Assembly: GCA_964609855.1 (NCBI GenBank)
Contig: CAZSTB010000009.1
Coordinates: forward strand, 1 to 54,946
Direction: 5' to 3'
DNA length: 54,946 nt
From: an uncultured Bdellovibrionales bacterium
GTDB lineage: Bacteria; Patescibacteriota; Minisyncoccia; Moranbacterales; GWC2-37-73
Both the position numbers and the translations under genes were made by a program. The notes below the pieces were generated by a model that saw nothing but the letters and a program-made list of their open reading frames with translations, made no database searches and was not told where the DNA came from. Position 1 is the first letter of the stretch; each line of letters starts with the position of its first letter. Shown here one piece after another: positions 1-7,792 of the stretch.

Positions 1-19
1 ATTCCTGCCGCAAATACGA

Positions 20-64
20 ATAAAATTAAAAGCACCTATCAAAAATAGGTGCTTTTAATTTTAT
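20..64. terminator. Perfect 20-bp stem-loop, likely bidirectional intrinsic terminator downstream of tRNA-Trp
   Basis: ATAAAATTAAAAGCACCTAT-caaaa-ATAGGTGCTTTTAATTTTAT; A/T tracts on both sides. Confidence 0.85.
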
Positions 65-67
65 CTG

Positions 68-138
68 CACGGGCGGCAGGAATCGAACCCACGCCAACGG
101 TTTTGGAGACCGACGTACTACCACTATACGACGCCCGC
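68..138 (-). tRNA. trnW: tRNA-Trp(CCA)
   Basis: Minus strand GCGGGCGTCGTATAGTGGTAGTACGTCGGTCT-CCA-AAACCGTTGGCGTGGGTTCGATTCCTGCCGCCCGTG folds as a cloverleaf; 3' CCA not encoded. Confidence 0.95.
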
Positions 139-174
139 ATTTTTTAAAGGACGGGCAGAGCCCGCCCAATAAAA

Positions 175-339
175 CTACTTCATTTCTTTATGTAAAGTGT
201 GCTTACGATCATATTTACAATATTTCATAAGCTCTAGTTTTTCCTTGATCTTCTTCTTGTTACGAGAAGTGTAATAAGTGATATTTTTACAATCACTACA
301 CTTAAGCTTCACTAGATTCTCCTTGGTCTTTGTTGCCAT
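175..339 (-). CDS. rpmG: 50S ribosomal protein L33 (54 aa, not in ORF track)
   Basis: Manual translation MATKTKENLVKLKCSDCKNITYYTSRNKKKIKEKLELMKYCKYDRKHTLHKEMK; L33 signature and usual thrT-rpmG-trnW context. Confidence 0.95.
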   Translation of the reverse strand: MATKTKENLVKLKCSDCKNITYYTSRNKKKIKEKLELMKYCKYDRKHTLHKEMK

Positions 340-432
340 ACGATTAACTTTTAGTTTTTATATTCATTAACTTATGGCCGAGCAATGAAGATAGAAACTT
401 ATTTTTAAAATCTTTTTAATTTATAACTACTG

Positions 433-505
433 AGCCGTTGACCGGAATCGGACCGGTGACCTCATCCCTACCAAGGATGTGCTCTACCAACTGAGCTACA
501 ACGGC
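433..505 (-). tRNA. trnT: tRNA-Thr(GGT)
   Basis: GCCGTTGTAGCTCAGTTGGTAGAGCACATCCTT-GGT-AGGGATGAGGTCACCGGTCCGATTCCGGTCAACGGCT; T-loop reads TCC instead of TTC; discriminator U. Confidence 0.95.
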
Positions 506-792
506 ATTGCGCCCAAGTAGTCTTTCAATTGGTTTTTCAAAAATCGTCTACCGGATCCTGATTTTAGAAATTCCTCCCTACCAAGTGCGTCTCTCTTAGA
601 AAGATAGCATTCTGCATAAATTATCTTCCATTTTCCACCTTTTCTAGAAGTATATGGTGATTTTCCAGCATTATGCTCTTTTATTCGATTTTTAAAATTA
701 GACGTAAAACCAATGTACCAACTTTGATCTTGGTCATTTTCTAAAACATACACGTAATAGAATCCCTCATCCTGGCCGTGCCGCGTGATCAT
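496..792 (-). CDS. Small stand-alone GIY-YIG nuclease (UPF0213/Slx1-like)
   Basis: YYVYVL...WYIGFT..R..EHN...ALGREEFLKSGSGR motif set; start codon uncertain; stop codon lies inside the 5' end of tRNA-Thr(GGT). Confidence 0.88.
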   Translation of the reverse strand: MITRHGQDEGFYYVYVLENDQDQSWYIGFTSNFKNRIKEHNAGKSPYTSRKGGKWKIIYAECYLSKRDALGREEFLKSGSGRRFLKNQLKDYLGAMPL

Positions 793-889
793 GAGCGGGC
801 TTTCTTAGTTTTCATTCCCGTAAAATAATTTGAATACAAATTATCACGGGACGCTTAAATCACTCGCAATAGCTCATGATTTTACGCGG
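781..889 (-). repeat. ~110-nt nested hairpin between tRNA-Tyr 3' end and GIY-YIG gene
   Basis: Outer CCGCGT-g-ATCATGAGC / GCTCATGAT-ttt-ACGCGG; inner TCCCGT/ACGGGA and ATAATTTG/CAAATTAT stems. Confidence 0.75.
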
Positions 890-972
890 TGGGCAGTGAG
901 GGATTCGAACCCCCGAAGGCGTAAGCCGTCTGATTTACAGTCAGATCCAGTTGACCGCTTTGGTAACTACCC
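890..972 (-). tRNA. trnY: tRNA-Tyr(GTA)
   Basis: GGGTAGTTACCAAAGCGGTCAACTGGATCTGACT-GTA-AATCAGACGGCTTACGCCTTCGGGGGTTCGAATCCCTCACTGCCCA; long variable arm. Confidence 0.95.
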
Positions 973-990
973 GCATCGCGCTCGTGCGCT

Positions 991-1092
991 CAAATTTTCA
1001 ATTCACAATTTCAAATTTCCAATCAAATCTCAATGACAAAAGTTAAAAATACTCCTTTCATTTCAAATTTCAAATTAAAAATTTTAAATTGC
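991..1092. repeat. Degenerate 7-nt-period (AATTTCA-like) tract
   Basis: aattttc aattcac aatttca aatttcc ... atttcaaattttcaaattaaaaattttaaatt. Confidence 0.6.
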
Positions 1093-1104
1093 TTTCCATA
1101 CCTG

Positions 1105-1176
1105 AGCCACCCACCGGATTTGAACCGATAACCCACTGTTTACAAAACAGTAGCTCTACCGTTGAGCTAGGGTGGC
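1105..1176 (-). tRNA. trnT: tRNA-Thr(TGT)
   Basis: GCCACCCTAGCTCAACGGTAGAGCTACTGTTT-TGT-AAACAGTGGGTTATCGGTTCAAATCCGGTGGGTGGCT; discriminator U. Confidence 0.95.
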
Positions 1177-1243
1177 AATATTTTCTTATGTTACACTATA
1201 TATGATTTTTTATCAACCCCTTCACCTGACCGCAAAAATCACC

Positions 1244-1903
1244 CTATTTTTCCATTCTTTGCAATCTGCGTATCCTTAATCTCGCCTTTTGATGCGTAGG
1301 GCTGAGCCAAAGCACCTGCTTAAAACATTCCAACGAATCCTGATAATTCTTGCTTTCCAGATAGTAGTCACCAAGCCGCTCGTAAGCTTCAATGTCGCGC
1401 GGATTGATAGCAATGCGCTTTATTAAAACATCTTCCAATTTATTCTTTTCAACGATTTTCTTTTTTTCAGGATGAGTTACTTCTCTAGCAATCATCGGTC
1501 TAGATTCAACTCCGCCAGCACGAATATCCGCATTGTAGGGTTTTTGAACTTTCAATATTTCTGGAGAAAGTTGAGTCTCTGCTTGAATTTCCTTTTCAAC
1601 AGCTTGCTGTTGGATACGTGTTTTTTCCTGTCTCTTTTCGCGAATAGATTGAAATAGGTCATTACTGGTGTTGTGAAATTTCAAAGATGTCAGTTTTGCG
1701 CGATGCATCAGGCGCTCCAAAAATTTCAAAATCAATTGCCAAACAAAAGAACTCAACGCTGAAAATTTCTTTTCCGGTTGTTTTACTGGTTCATCATAGC
1801 TTAATTCTGATTCTGGCAGCTGTTCGATTTTACGAAAAAGAAAAACTATCAAAATAGAAACGCAAGCGATGATAATAATTGGAGGCAATATGTAATTGAG
1901 CAT
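1244..1903 (-). CDS. Membrane-anchored protein with C-terminal TPR repeat
   Basis: N-terminal hydrophobic helix; C-terminal NPRDIEAYERLGDYYLESKNYQDSLECFKQVLWLSP fits the TPR consensus. Confidence 0.75.
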   Translation of the reverse strand: MLNYILPPIIIIACVSILIVFLFRKIEQLPESELSYDEPVKQPEKKFSALSSFVWQLILKFLERLMHRAKLTSLKFHNTSNDLFQSIREKRQEKTRIQQQAVEKEIQAETQLSPEILKVQKPYNADIRAGGVESRPMIAREVTHPEKKKIVEKNKLEDVLIKRIAINPRDIEAYERLGDYYLESKNYQDSLECFKQVLWLSPTHQKARLRIRRLQRMEK

Positions 1904-1919
1904 ATTTCAAAAGCTAATA

Positions 1920-2696
1920 CTAATTCAAGGCTTCTTTTTTCACAACCGCAATTGAGCCGTCGAACATTCTTATTTTAACATCTCCCGTCAGAGCGTTCAA
2001 CTCTATAACCTCTCCTTTGCCATCTCTGGTTTTTACGCTGCTATGCAGTTCTGGCATTCCTGCCAGCATCTGCTGATATTGAGCTGCTTCATATGAAAGA
2101 CAACACATCAAGCGTCCGCATACACCTGAGATTCTCTCACTGCCGCGATGCGCAACTTGCTGCACCCTAGCCATGTCAATGGAGATACTCGGCAGAGATC
2201 CAGGAAAACGCAAGCAACACAAATCTCTCCCACAAACGCCGCAGCCTCCGAGTTTTCTCGCCTCATCGCGCGAACCAACCTGGTGCATACGTACACTTCG
2301 ATGAAAAATCTTAGAAAGATTTTTCACTAGTTCGCGAAAATCCACGCGTTCATCTGCCGTAAAAAGTACGACCGCACTGCTTCCATCTAAGCTGATGTGC
2401 ACATCAACCAGTTTCATGTTTAAATCAAGTCGCTTGATCTCACTCTTACTGAGCTTAAGTATTTCTACTTTTTTTTCTGCATTTTTTTCAAAGATCTCCA
2501 GATCTCTCTCAGTGGTTTTACGCAAAATCACCGTCTTTCGCTCATTCATCAAAGTGCCCTCACCCTCTTCGATAATTCCTATTTCATTGCAGAGATCTTC
2601 TTTGACAACAACCTTATCCCCATTGCTCAATTCCAGATCACTCATGCATCTGCGAGCGGGCTCCCAGCTATAAACGCGAACCGAATATGTATACAT
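1920..2696 (-). CDS. ricT: PSP1/YaaT family Fe-S protein (RicT-like)
   Basis: FTADERVDFRELVK, RDEARKLGGCGVCGRDLCC and ISGVCGRLMCCLSYE motifs. Confidence 0.9.
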   Translation of the reverse strand: MYTYSVRVYSWEPARRCMSDLELSNGDKVVVKEDLCNEIGIIEEGEGTLMNERKTVILRKTTERDLEIFEKNAEKKVEILKLSKSEIKRLDLNMKLVDVHISLDGSSAVVLFTADERVDFRELVKNLSKIFHRSVRMHQVGSRDEARKLGGCGVCGRDLCCLRFPGSLPSISIDMARVQQVAHRGSERISGVCGRLMCCLSYEAAQYQQMLAGMPELHSSVKTRDGKGEVIELNALTGDVKIRMFDGSIAVVKKEALN

Positions 2697-2771
2697 ACAC
2701 TTAAGACTTTTTAAATCCTCATTCTTTAGTTAAAAGCGCTGCGAAAAATATCCACCAATGTGCGAGAATTT

Positions 2772-3350
2772 TTACAATTCGATACGACTGATTTCACCGA
2801 TTTGAATGTTTTCTCCCATTTTACCGATTGCAGCGACAATCAATTCGCCCACTGTAACTTCAGGATTTTTCACGAAAGTTTGAGTCAAAAGAGCTGATTC
2901 TTCTCGGAATTTCTTTTCTTTGCCAAGCATAATTTTTTCCATCATCTCAAGAGGTTTTCCCTCTTGCTCAAGTTGAACTTTCCAAATTTCTTTTTCTTTC
3001 TCAAGTAGCTCGATAGAAACATCTTCAGGCTTGATGAAAGTTGGGTTCATCGCAGCGATATGCATTGCGATATCCTTTGCAAGTTCCACAAATTCAACAT
3101 TGCGAGCAACGAAATCCGTTTCACAAAGAAGTTTCACCAATACGCCAACCTTATTTGAATGCACATAAGAAACAACAACTCCCTCATTTGCAGCTCTATC
3201 TGCTTTTTTAGCAGCCTTGCTTTGTCCTTGCTTTCTTAGAATTTCAATCGCTTTTTCTTCATTTCCACCAGCTTCATCTAAAGCTTTCTTAATCACAACA
3301 ACACCAGCGCCGGTGCGCTCACGAATTTTTTTAATCAGTTCCAATGACAT
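2772..3350 (-). CDS. tsf: Elongation factor Ts (short form)
   Basis: IKKIRERTGAG, CETDFVA, AMHIAAMNP motifs; downstream of rpsB. Confidence 0.97.
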   Translation of the reverse strand: MSLELIKKIRERTGAGVVVIKKALDEAGGNEEKAIEILRKQGQSKAAKKADRAANEGVVVSYVHSNKVGVLVKLLCETDFVARNVEFVELAKDIAMHIAAMNPTFIKPEDVSIELLEKEKEIWKVQLEQEGKPLEMMEKIMLGKEKKFREESALLTQTFVKNPEVTVGELIVAAIGKMGENIQIGEISRIEL

Positions 3351-3358
3351 ATAGGTAA

Positions 3359-3460
3359 GTAATTTAAAATTTGAAATTTGAAATTAAAAATGAACTCAGG
3401 CCAAACGGTCGTTTGTTCAATTTTGATTAAAAATTCAAAATTAAAAATTAAAAATTATTT
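3359..3460. repeat. 7-nt-period tracts flanking a central hairpin (rpsB-tsf spacer)
   Basis: aatttaa aatttga aatttga aattaaa ... aaaattc aaaatta aaaatta aaaatta, with TGAAC..GTTCA stem between. Confidence 0.6.
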
Positions 3461-3463
3461 ATT

Positions 3464-4225
3464 TTATGCTTCTTGAATAGCTTTGAATACGTAGCTCAAG
3501 ATAAGTCTAAGTGAAGAAATAGCGTCATCGTTTGCAGGAATCGGGTAGTCAACATGAGAAGGATCAACATTCGTGTCAGCAATTGCAATAACAGGGATTC
3601 CCATTTTGCGTGCTTCAGCGATTGCTAAATTGTCTTCTTTGATACTTACTGCGAAAATTGCGCCCGGAAGATCAGCCATATTCTTAATTCCACCCATGCG
3701 TTTTTCCATTTTTTCAAGCTCTTCAATCTTCTTCATTTGTTCGAACTTAGTATATTTCTTGAATTCTCCACGCTCAAGCATCCCTTCACCATCAAGCAAA
3801 TAACGAGTTCTTCCACGAATAACTTTAAAGTTTGTAAATGTTCCTCCTAGCCATCTTTCACTTACGAAAGGCATTCCCGTAGCCACTGCAACTTCCCTCA
3901 CTAGGTCCTTAGCCTGAATTTTTGTTCCAACAATAAGGATATTTTTACCGCTTTTTTTAATAGTCTTAATGAATTCAAGAGCTTCTTGGATTTTTTCCTG
4001 AGTCTTTTGAAGATCTATAATATTGATACCTTTACGTGTTGTAAAGATATATTCATCCATTTTAGGGTTTCTGCGAGCTTTTTGGTGACCAAAGTGAGCA
4101 CCAGCTTTCATCATTTCTTCAAGACTGATCTCAATTTTAGACAAGTCAAGAGAGGCGAAATAATTTTCTCGCTCTACTTTTTCTTCGACTACAAGCTCTG
4201 GGGCCTGTGTTTCGGCGTTTTTCAT
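3464..4225 (-). CDS. rpsB: 30S ribosomal protein S2
   Basis: AGAHFGH, RWLGGTFTN, PIPANDD motifs. Confidence 0.98.
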   Translation of the reverse strand: MKNAETQAPELVVEEKVERENYFASLDLSKIEISLEEMMKAGAHFGHQKARRNPKMDEYIFTTRKGINIIDLQKTQEKIQEALEFIKTIKKSGKNILIVGTKIQAKDLVREVAVATGMPFVSERWLGGTFTNFKVIRGRTRYLLDGEGMLERGEFKKYTKFEQMKKIEELEKMEKRMGGIKNMADLPGAIFAVSIKEDNLAIAEARKMGIPVIAIADTNVDPSHVDYPIPANDDAISSLRLILSYVFKAIQEA

Positions 4226-4438
4226 AATTTTTTTCCCTCAACATCTCCGCTCCAAAAGCGGCTATACTGCGAGTTTTTCCTTTATGCCACATCTCTTTTC
4301 AGGAAAATGCAGCCACCTATTTTTCCTTTTATTGAGCCGCAATCTCGCTTTCGCAGGACAGGATCGACTCAGAAAAAATATGCTTTTTCATTAATTAACA
4401 ATACGAAACTTATTATAGCAGGTATCCGCCCCTTGTCA
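4226..4438 (-). promoter_or_regulatory. rpsB promoter and long structured 5' leader
   Basis: Minus strand TTGACA-16nt-TATAAT with extended TG (4412-4439); leader hairpins TCCTGC-GAAA-GCGAGA, GCTGCATTT/AGATGTGGC and CCGCT-tttgg-AGCGG; S2 autoregulatory leaders are known in other bacteria. Confidence 0.6.
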
Positions 4439-4481
4439 ATTACACTTATCTATGCTAAGGTTCGTTAAGTAAATATTGCAC

Positions 4482-4569
4482 TCATTTGAGACATTCAAGC
4501 GTTCGTTCAAGTTTCCTGTCGCGTTTAGCCATTATAAGCGACGAATGAACCTAATTTCCACTCAAATGA
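4482..4569 (+). repeat. Nested hairpin element upstream of rpmE
   Basis: TCATTTGAG/CTCAAATGA, GTTCGTTC/GAATGAAC and GTCGC/GCGAC stems. Confidence 0.65.
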
Positions 4570-4597
4570 CTTCATTAAAAAATTTAAATTAACTCTC

Positions 4598-4873
4598 ATG
4601 AAAAAGAATATTCACCCAACTTACTTTAGCGATGCAAAAATCATCTGTTCTTGTGGAGCAGTTCTGGAAACAGGAGCTACACAAAAAGAACTGCATGTTG
4701 AAATCTGCAGCGCTTGCCATCCTTTCTATACAGGTAAAAAGAAAGTTTTGGACACAACTGGACGTGTTGATCGCTTCAAGAAACTTGCTGAAAAAGCCGC
4801 AACTAAAAAAGAAGCTGCTGCTAAAAAAGAACCTAAAGCTACTAAAAAAGCTAAAGAAGAAAAACAAGCTTAA
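4598..4873 (+). CDS. rpmE: 50S ribosomal protein L31 (zinc-binding type) with Lys/Ala-rich tail
   Basis: [28 protein letters not shown]. Confidence 0.97.
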   Translation: MKKNIHPTYFSDAKIICSCGAVLETGATQKELHVEICSACHPFYTGKKKVLDTTGRVDRFKKLAEKAATKKEAAAKKEPKATKKAKEEKQA

Positions 4874-4892
4874 CAAAAAAAGCATCTTCCCT

Positions 4893-4920
4893 ATAAAAAC
4901 CTGCGCTGGCAGGTTTTTAT
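4893..4920 (+). terminator. Intrinsic terminator after rpmE
   Basis: ATAAAAACCTGC-gctg-GCAGGTTTTTAT. Confidence 0.8.
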
Positions 4921-4921
4921 A

Positions 4922-4930
4922 TTATCCACA
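4922..4930 (+). promoter_or_regulatory. Consensus DnaA box
   Basis: Exact TTATCCACA; single copy, function unproven. Confidence 0.35.
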
Positions 4931-5030
4931 AGGCCGCTAAAGCTTGAACTGATATGAACAGTAGAAATGTTATTTTTTTATTGAAATTATCCTTTACAAA
5001 AAGCTTAAATGCGCCTATAATAACAAAGCT

Positions 5031-6104
5031 ATGAAAAATCAATTAGACGCAATCCAAAATGAATATGAGGCAATCACTGCCCAACTCAGTTCCCCTGAGA
5101 TTCTTAAGGATGCCAAAAAGATGGCTGAGCTTGGAAAAAGACAGTCGGAGATTCAAGGAATAATGACTTTGATTGAAAAACTGGCAAAAATTGACCATTC
5201 CATGAAAGAAAATGCTGAAATGATAAATAATGAAGAGGATGCAGAAATGAAGGAAATGGCCATGGAAGAAAACATCCAACTTGCCCAAGATAAGGACGCA
5301 ATTGAAAAGGAACTGGAAATAATGCTTCTACCGAAAGACCCTAATGATAACAAAAACATTATCATGGAAATTCGCGGCGGTGCTGGCGGAGATGAATCTT
5401 CACTTTTCGCCGCAAGTCTGTTCAGAATGTATTCTAAGTTTGCAGAAAAAAACAACTGGATAATTTCCATCCTTAATTCAAACAGGACGGAAGTCGGAGG
5501 ATTCAAGGAAGTGGTTTTCGAAATCAATGGAAAGCCTGGAAATCCCGTTTATCAGAAAATGAAATTCGAATCAGGAGTTCATCGTGTTCAGCGCGTTCCT
5601 GAAACTGAAAAAATGGGCCGCATTCACACATCCACCGCGACCGTTGCCGTACTTGCTGAAGCGGAAGAAGTTGAATTGGTGATCAGTGAAAATGATTTGC
5701 GCATTGATACTTTCTGCTCATCTGGGCCAGGAGGACAATCAGTGAACACAACTAAAAGTGCTGTGCGCATCACACATATTCCAACAGGTGTTGTTGTCTC
5801 TTGTCAGGACGAAAAATCACAACTCAAAAACAAAGATAAGGCTATGAAAGTTTTGCGTTCCCGACTTTTGCAAGCAGAAGAAGAAAAGCGCGCCAAGGAA
5901 CTTGGCGATGCGCGCAAAAGCCAGGTTGGAACTGGAGATCGCAGTGAAAAAATCCGCACCTACAACTTTCCGCAAGATCGCATCACCGACCATCGCATCA
6001 AGCAATCATGGAGCAACGTGGAAGGAATTTTGAGCGGAGACTTAGAACCAATCATAAACGCCTTGCAGGAGGAGGACATGAAATTAAAAATGGGCAGAGA
6101 ATAA
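5031..6104 (+). CDS. prfA: Peptide chain release factor 1
   Basis: HRVQRVPET (PxT), GPGGQSVN (GGQ), RTYNFPQDR. Confidence 0.98.
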   Translation: MKNQLDAIQNEYEAITAQLSSPEILKDAKKMAELGKRQSEIQGIMTLIEKLAKIDHSMKENAEMINNEEDAEMKEMAMEENIQLAQDKDAIEKELEIMLLPKDPNDNKNIIMEIRGGAGGDESSLFAASLFRMYSKFAEKNNWIISILNSNRTEVGGFKEVVFEINGKPGNPVYQKMKFESGVHRVQRVPETEKMGRIHTSTATVAVLAEAEEVELVISENDLRIDTFCSSGPGGQSVNTTKSAVRITHIPTGVVVSCQDEKSQLKNKDKAMKVLRSRLLQAEEEKRAKELGDARKSQVGTGDRSEKIRTYNFPQDRITDHRIKQSWSNVEGILSGDLEPIINALQEEDMKLKMGRE

Positions 6105-6175
6105 GCTACATTACAAGGTCCGAATTTCAAAACCCTATCTCATTTGGAACATTAAATCTCAATTTCCAAACATTA

Positions 6176-7069
6176 ATGACAATCCAGGAAATTACAAAAA
6201 CTTATAAAAATAGCTTAGACTATTTGGATATAGAAATCTTATTGGCAAACTCTCTTGGTAAAACAAGGGAGTTTGTTCTAATGTATCCAGAAAAAGAACT
6301 GAGCACTTCTCAAATTAAAAATTTCCAATCAAAAGTTCGGCGCCGTATTAAGGGCGAGCCGATTGCATACCTCCTTGGTCACAAGGAGTTTTACGGTTTA
6401 GACTTTATAGCCAATAAACACACACTTGTACCGAGGCCAGAAACTGAACTCATGGTGGAATCAGCAATCAAAGAAATTTCAAATTTCAAATTTCAGAATT
6501 CAAATTCTCTCTCTGTAGTTGATATTGGAACAGGTTCCGGATGCATAATCATATCCGTTGCAAAAGCAATCGAAAATTTCAAATTTCAAATTTCAAATTT
6601 AAAATTTATCGGCACGGACATCAGCAGTGAGGCATTAAAAATTGCCAAGAAAAATGCCGAGATCCACAAATTGAACAAGCAAATAAAATTCATGCAAGGC
6701 GATTTATTATCCCCAATCATTGAAAATTATAAATTGAAAATTGAAAACTCCACAATGATAATTGTGGCTAATCTTCCCTATCTCTCAAAAGAAATTTACA
6801 ACAGCGCACCTATCGATGTGAAAAAGTATGAACCAAAGTCGGCATTATATTCTGCCGAAAATGGCTTAAAACATTATAGACTATTGCTAGAGCAATTAGA
6901 TGAGTTAAACTTCGTCGGTCATCAATCATCGTTCATCGTATTTTTAGAAATTAGTCCTGAGCAAAAAACCGCAATTAAAAAATTAGCGCTTACCATTTTC
7001 CCATCTGCAAAAGTTGACCTCATCAAAGACCTCACTGGCCGATGGCGAATATGCAAAATCAGTATTTAG
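6176..7069 (+). CDS. prmC: Release factor glutamine methyltransferase with in-frame repeat-derived insertions
   Basis: GEPIAYL, LVPRPETE, DIGTGSG, ANLPY, YEPKSAL; follows prfA; start moved to ATG 6176 (MTIQE) from the track's 6008. Confidence 0.93.
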   Translation: MTIQEITKTYKNSLDYLDIEILLANSLGKTREFVLMYPEKELSTSQIKNFQSKVRRRIKGEPIAYLLGHKEFYGLDFIANKHTLVPRPETELMVESAIKEISNFKFQNSNSLSVVDIGTGSGCIIISVAKAIENFKFQISNLKFIGTDISSEALKIAKKNAEIHKLNKQIKFMQGDLLSPIIENYKLKIENSTMIIVANLPYLSKEIYNSAPIDVKKYEPKSALYSAENGLKHYRLLLEQLDELNFVGHQSSFIVFLEISPEQKTAIKKLALTIFPSAKVDLIKDLTGRWRICKISI

Positions 7070-7123
7070 TATTTAGTATTTAGTATTTAGTATTTAGTAT
7101 CTCGTATTTAGTATCTAGTATTT
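7061..7123. repeat. Tandem heptamer (AGTATTT)x9, supplies the prmC stop codon
   Basis: 5 perfect AGTATTT units, then AGTATCT, CGTATTT, AGTATCT, AGTATTT. Confidence 0.92.
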
Positions 7124-7139
7124 GATTCACATTCTTTCC

Positions 7140-7308
7140 CGCACAATCGCGTAGCGCGCCGATACAAATCTGCCGTAAAATGAGCGTTAAAAAATTGTTT
7201 CGCCAGCAGGCGGTTTACAATTTTAGCGAATGAGCGAGCAGTTTGTCGCCGCGCGAGCTTGTGCGAAGCTTTCTTTTGTAACTTTTCTTTCGGGGGAAAG
7301 AAAAGTTA
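7140..7308 (+). repeat. GC-rich ~125-nt nested hairpin followed by a 13-bp AT-rich hairpin (REP/MITE-like)
   Basis: CGCACAA/TTGTGCG, TCGCG/CGCGA, ACAAA-t-CTGC/GCAG-TTTGT, AAAATTGT/ACAATTTT, CGCC/GGCG; then TAACTTTTCTTTC-gggg-GAAAGAAAAGTTA. Confidence 0.75.
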
Positions 7309-7320
7309 GTCATATTTCCC

Positions 7321-7356
7321 CAAACTAAAACCCGCTTTTCAGCGGGTTTTAGTTTG
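7321..7356. terminator. Bidirectional terminator
   Basis: CAAACTAAAACCCGCT-tttc-AGCGGGTTTTAGTTTG between convergent prmC and the H1-like gene. Confidence 0.85.
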
Positions 7357-7412
7357 TTGATATATTCAAATTTACAATGAAATTCGAAAACAAAAACTTT
7401 ATCAAAAGAAAG

Positions 7413-7592
7413 TTACTTCTTTTTTGAAACTTTTTTAGTTGCTTTTTTAACAACCTTCCTTGGAGCTGCTTTTTTAACTGCTTTTTTTACAGTTTTCACT
7501 GCTTTTTTTACAGTCTTCTTAGCAACCTTCTTTGGAGCTGTTTTTTTAACAACTTTTTTAACTGCTTTTTTTGCTACTTTTTTAACTGCCAT
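7413..7592 (-). CDS. Histone H1-like Lys/Ala/Val-rich DNA-binding protein (59 aa, not in ORF track)
   Basis: MAVKKVAKKAVKKVVKKTAPKKVAKKTVKKAVKTVKKAVKKAAPRKVVKKATKKVSKKK; 27 Lys + 1 Arg, no acidic residue; strong SD AAGGAGGT 8 nt before ATG; own terminator. Confidence 0.85.
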   Translation of the reverse strand: MAVKKVAKKAVKKVVKKTAPKKVAKKTVKKAVKTVKKAVKKAAPRKVVKKATKKVSKKK

Positions 7593-7629
7593 GTAAATAC
7601 ACCTCCTTCCAGTAATTTGCTTTTTCTAA

Positions 7630-7720
7630 ATATGAGAACGGAACAAGTGTCCCGCACCTTTTGCTTCAATTATCATGTGATAATTTTTTCAAAAGGCGCA
7701 GGGCAATCTTTATCTCATAT
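7630..7720 (-). promoter_or_regulatory. Long hairpin in the 5' leader of the H1-like gene
   Basis: ATATGAGA/TCTCATAT, GCACCTTTTG/CAAAAGGCGC and AATTATCA/TGATAATT nested stems. Confidence 0.6.
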
Positions 7721-7792
7721 AAATTATTTCAACAAATTTTATTTTAATTTTTATTTTTTAAAAATATATAAAATATTTTTTCTTCTAAGTTA

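Noticed and set aside
830-1036. 68-aa plus-strand ORF
   Set aside because: Antisense to tRNA-Tyr and runs into a heptamer tract; translation artefact
2772-3350. tsf and thrS as truncated pseudogenes
   Set aside because: Short EF-Ts and TGS-less ThrRS are known natural forms and all core motifs are intact
6008-6175. N-terminal extension of prmC in the ORF track
   Set aside because: Overlaps the prfA 3' end by about 100 nt; PrmC-like sequence begins at ATG 6176
7061-7123. Possible CRISPR array
   Set aside because: Contiguous 7-nt units with no spacers; no cas genes in the window
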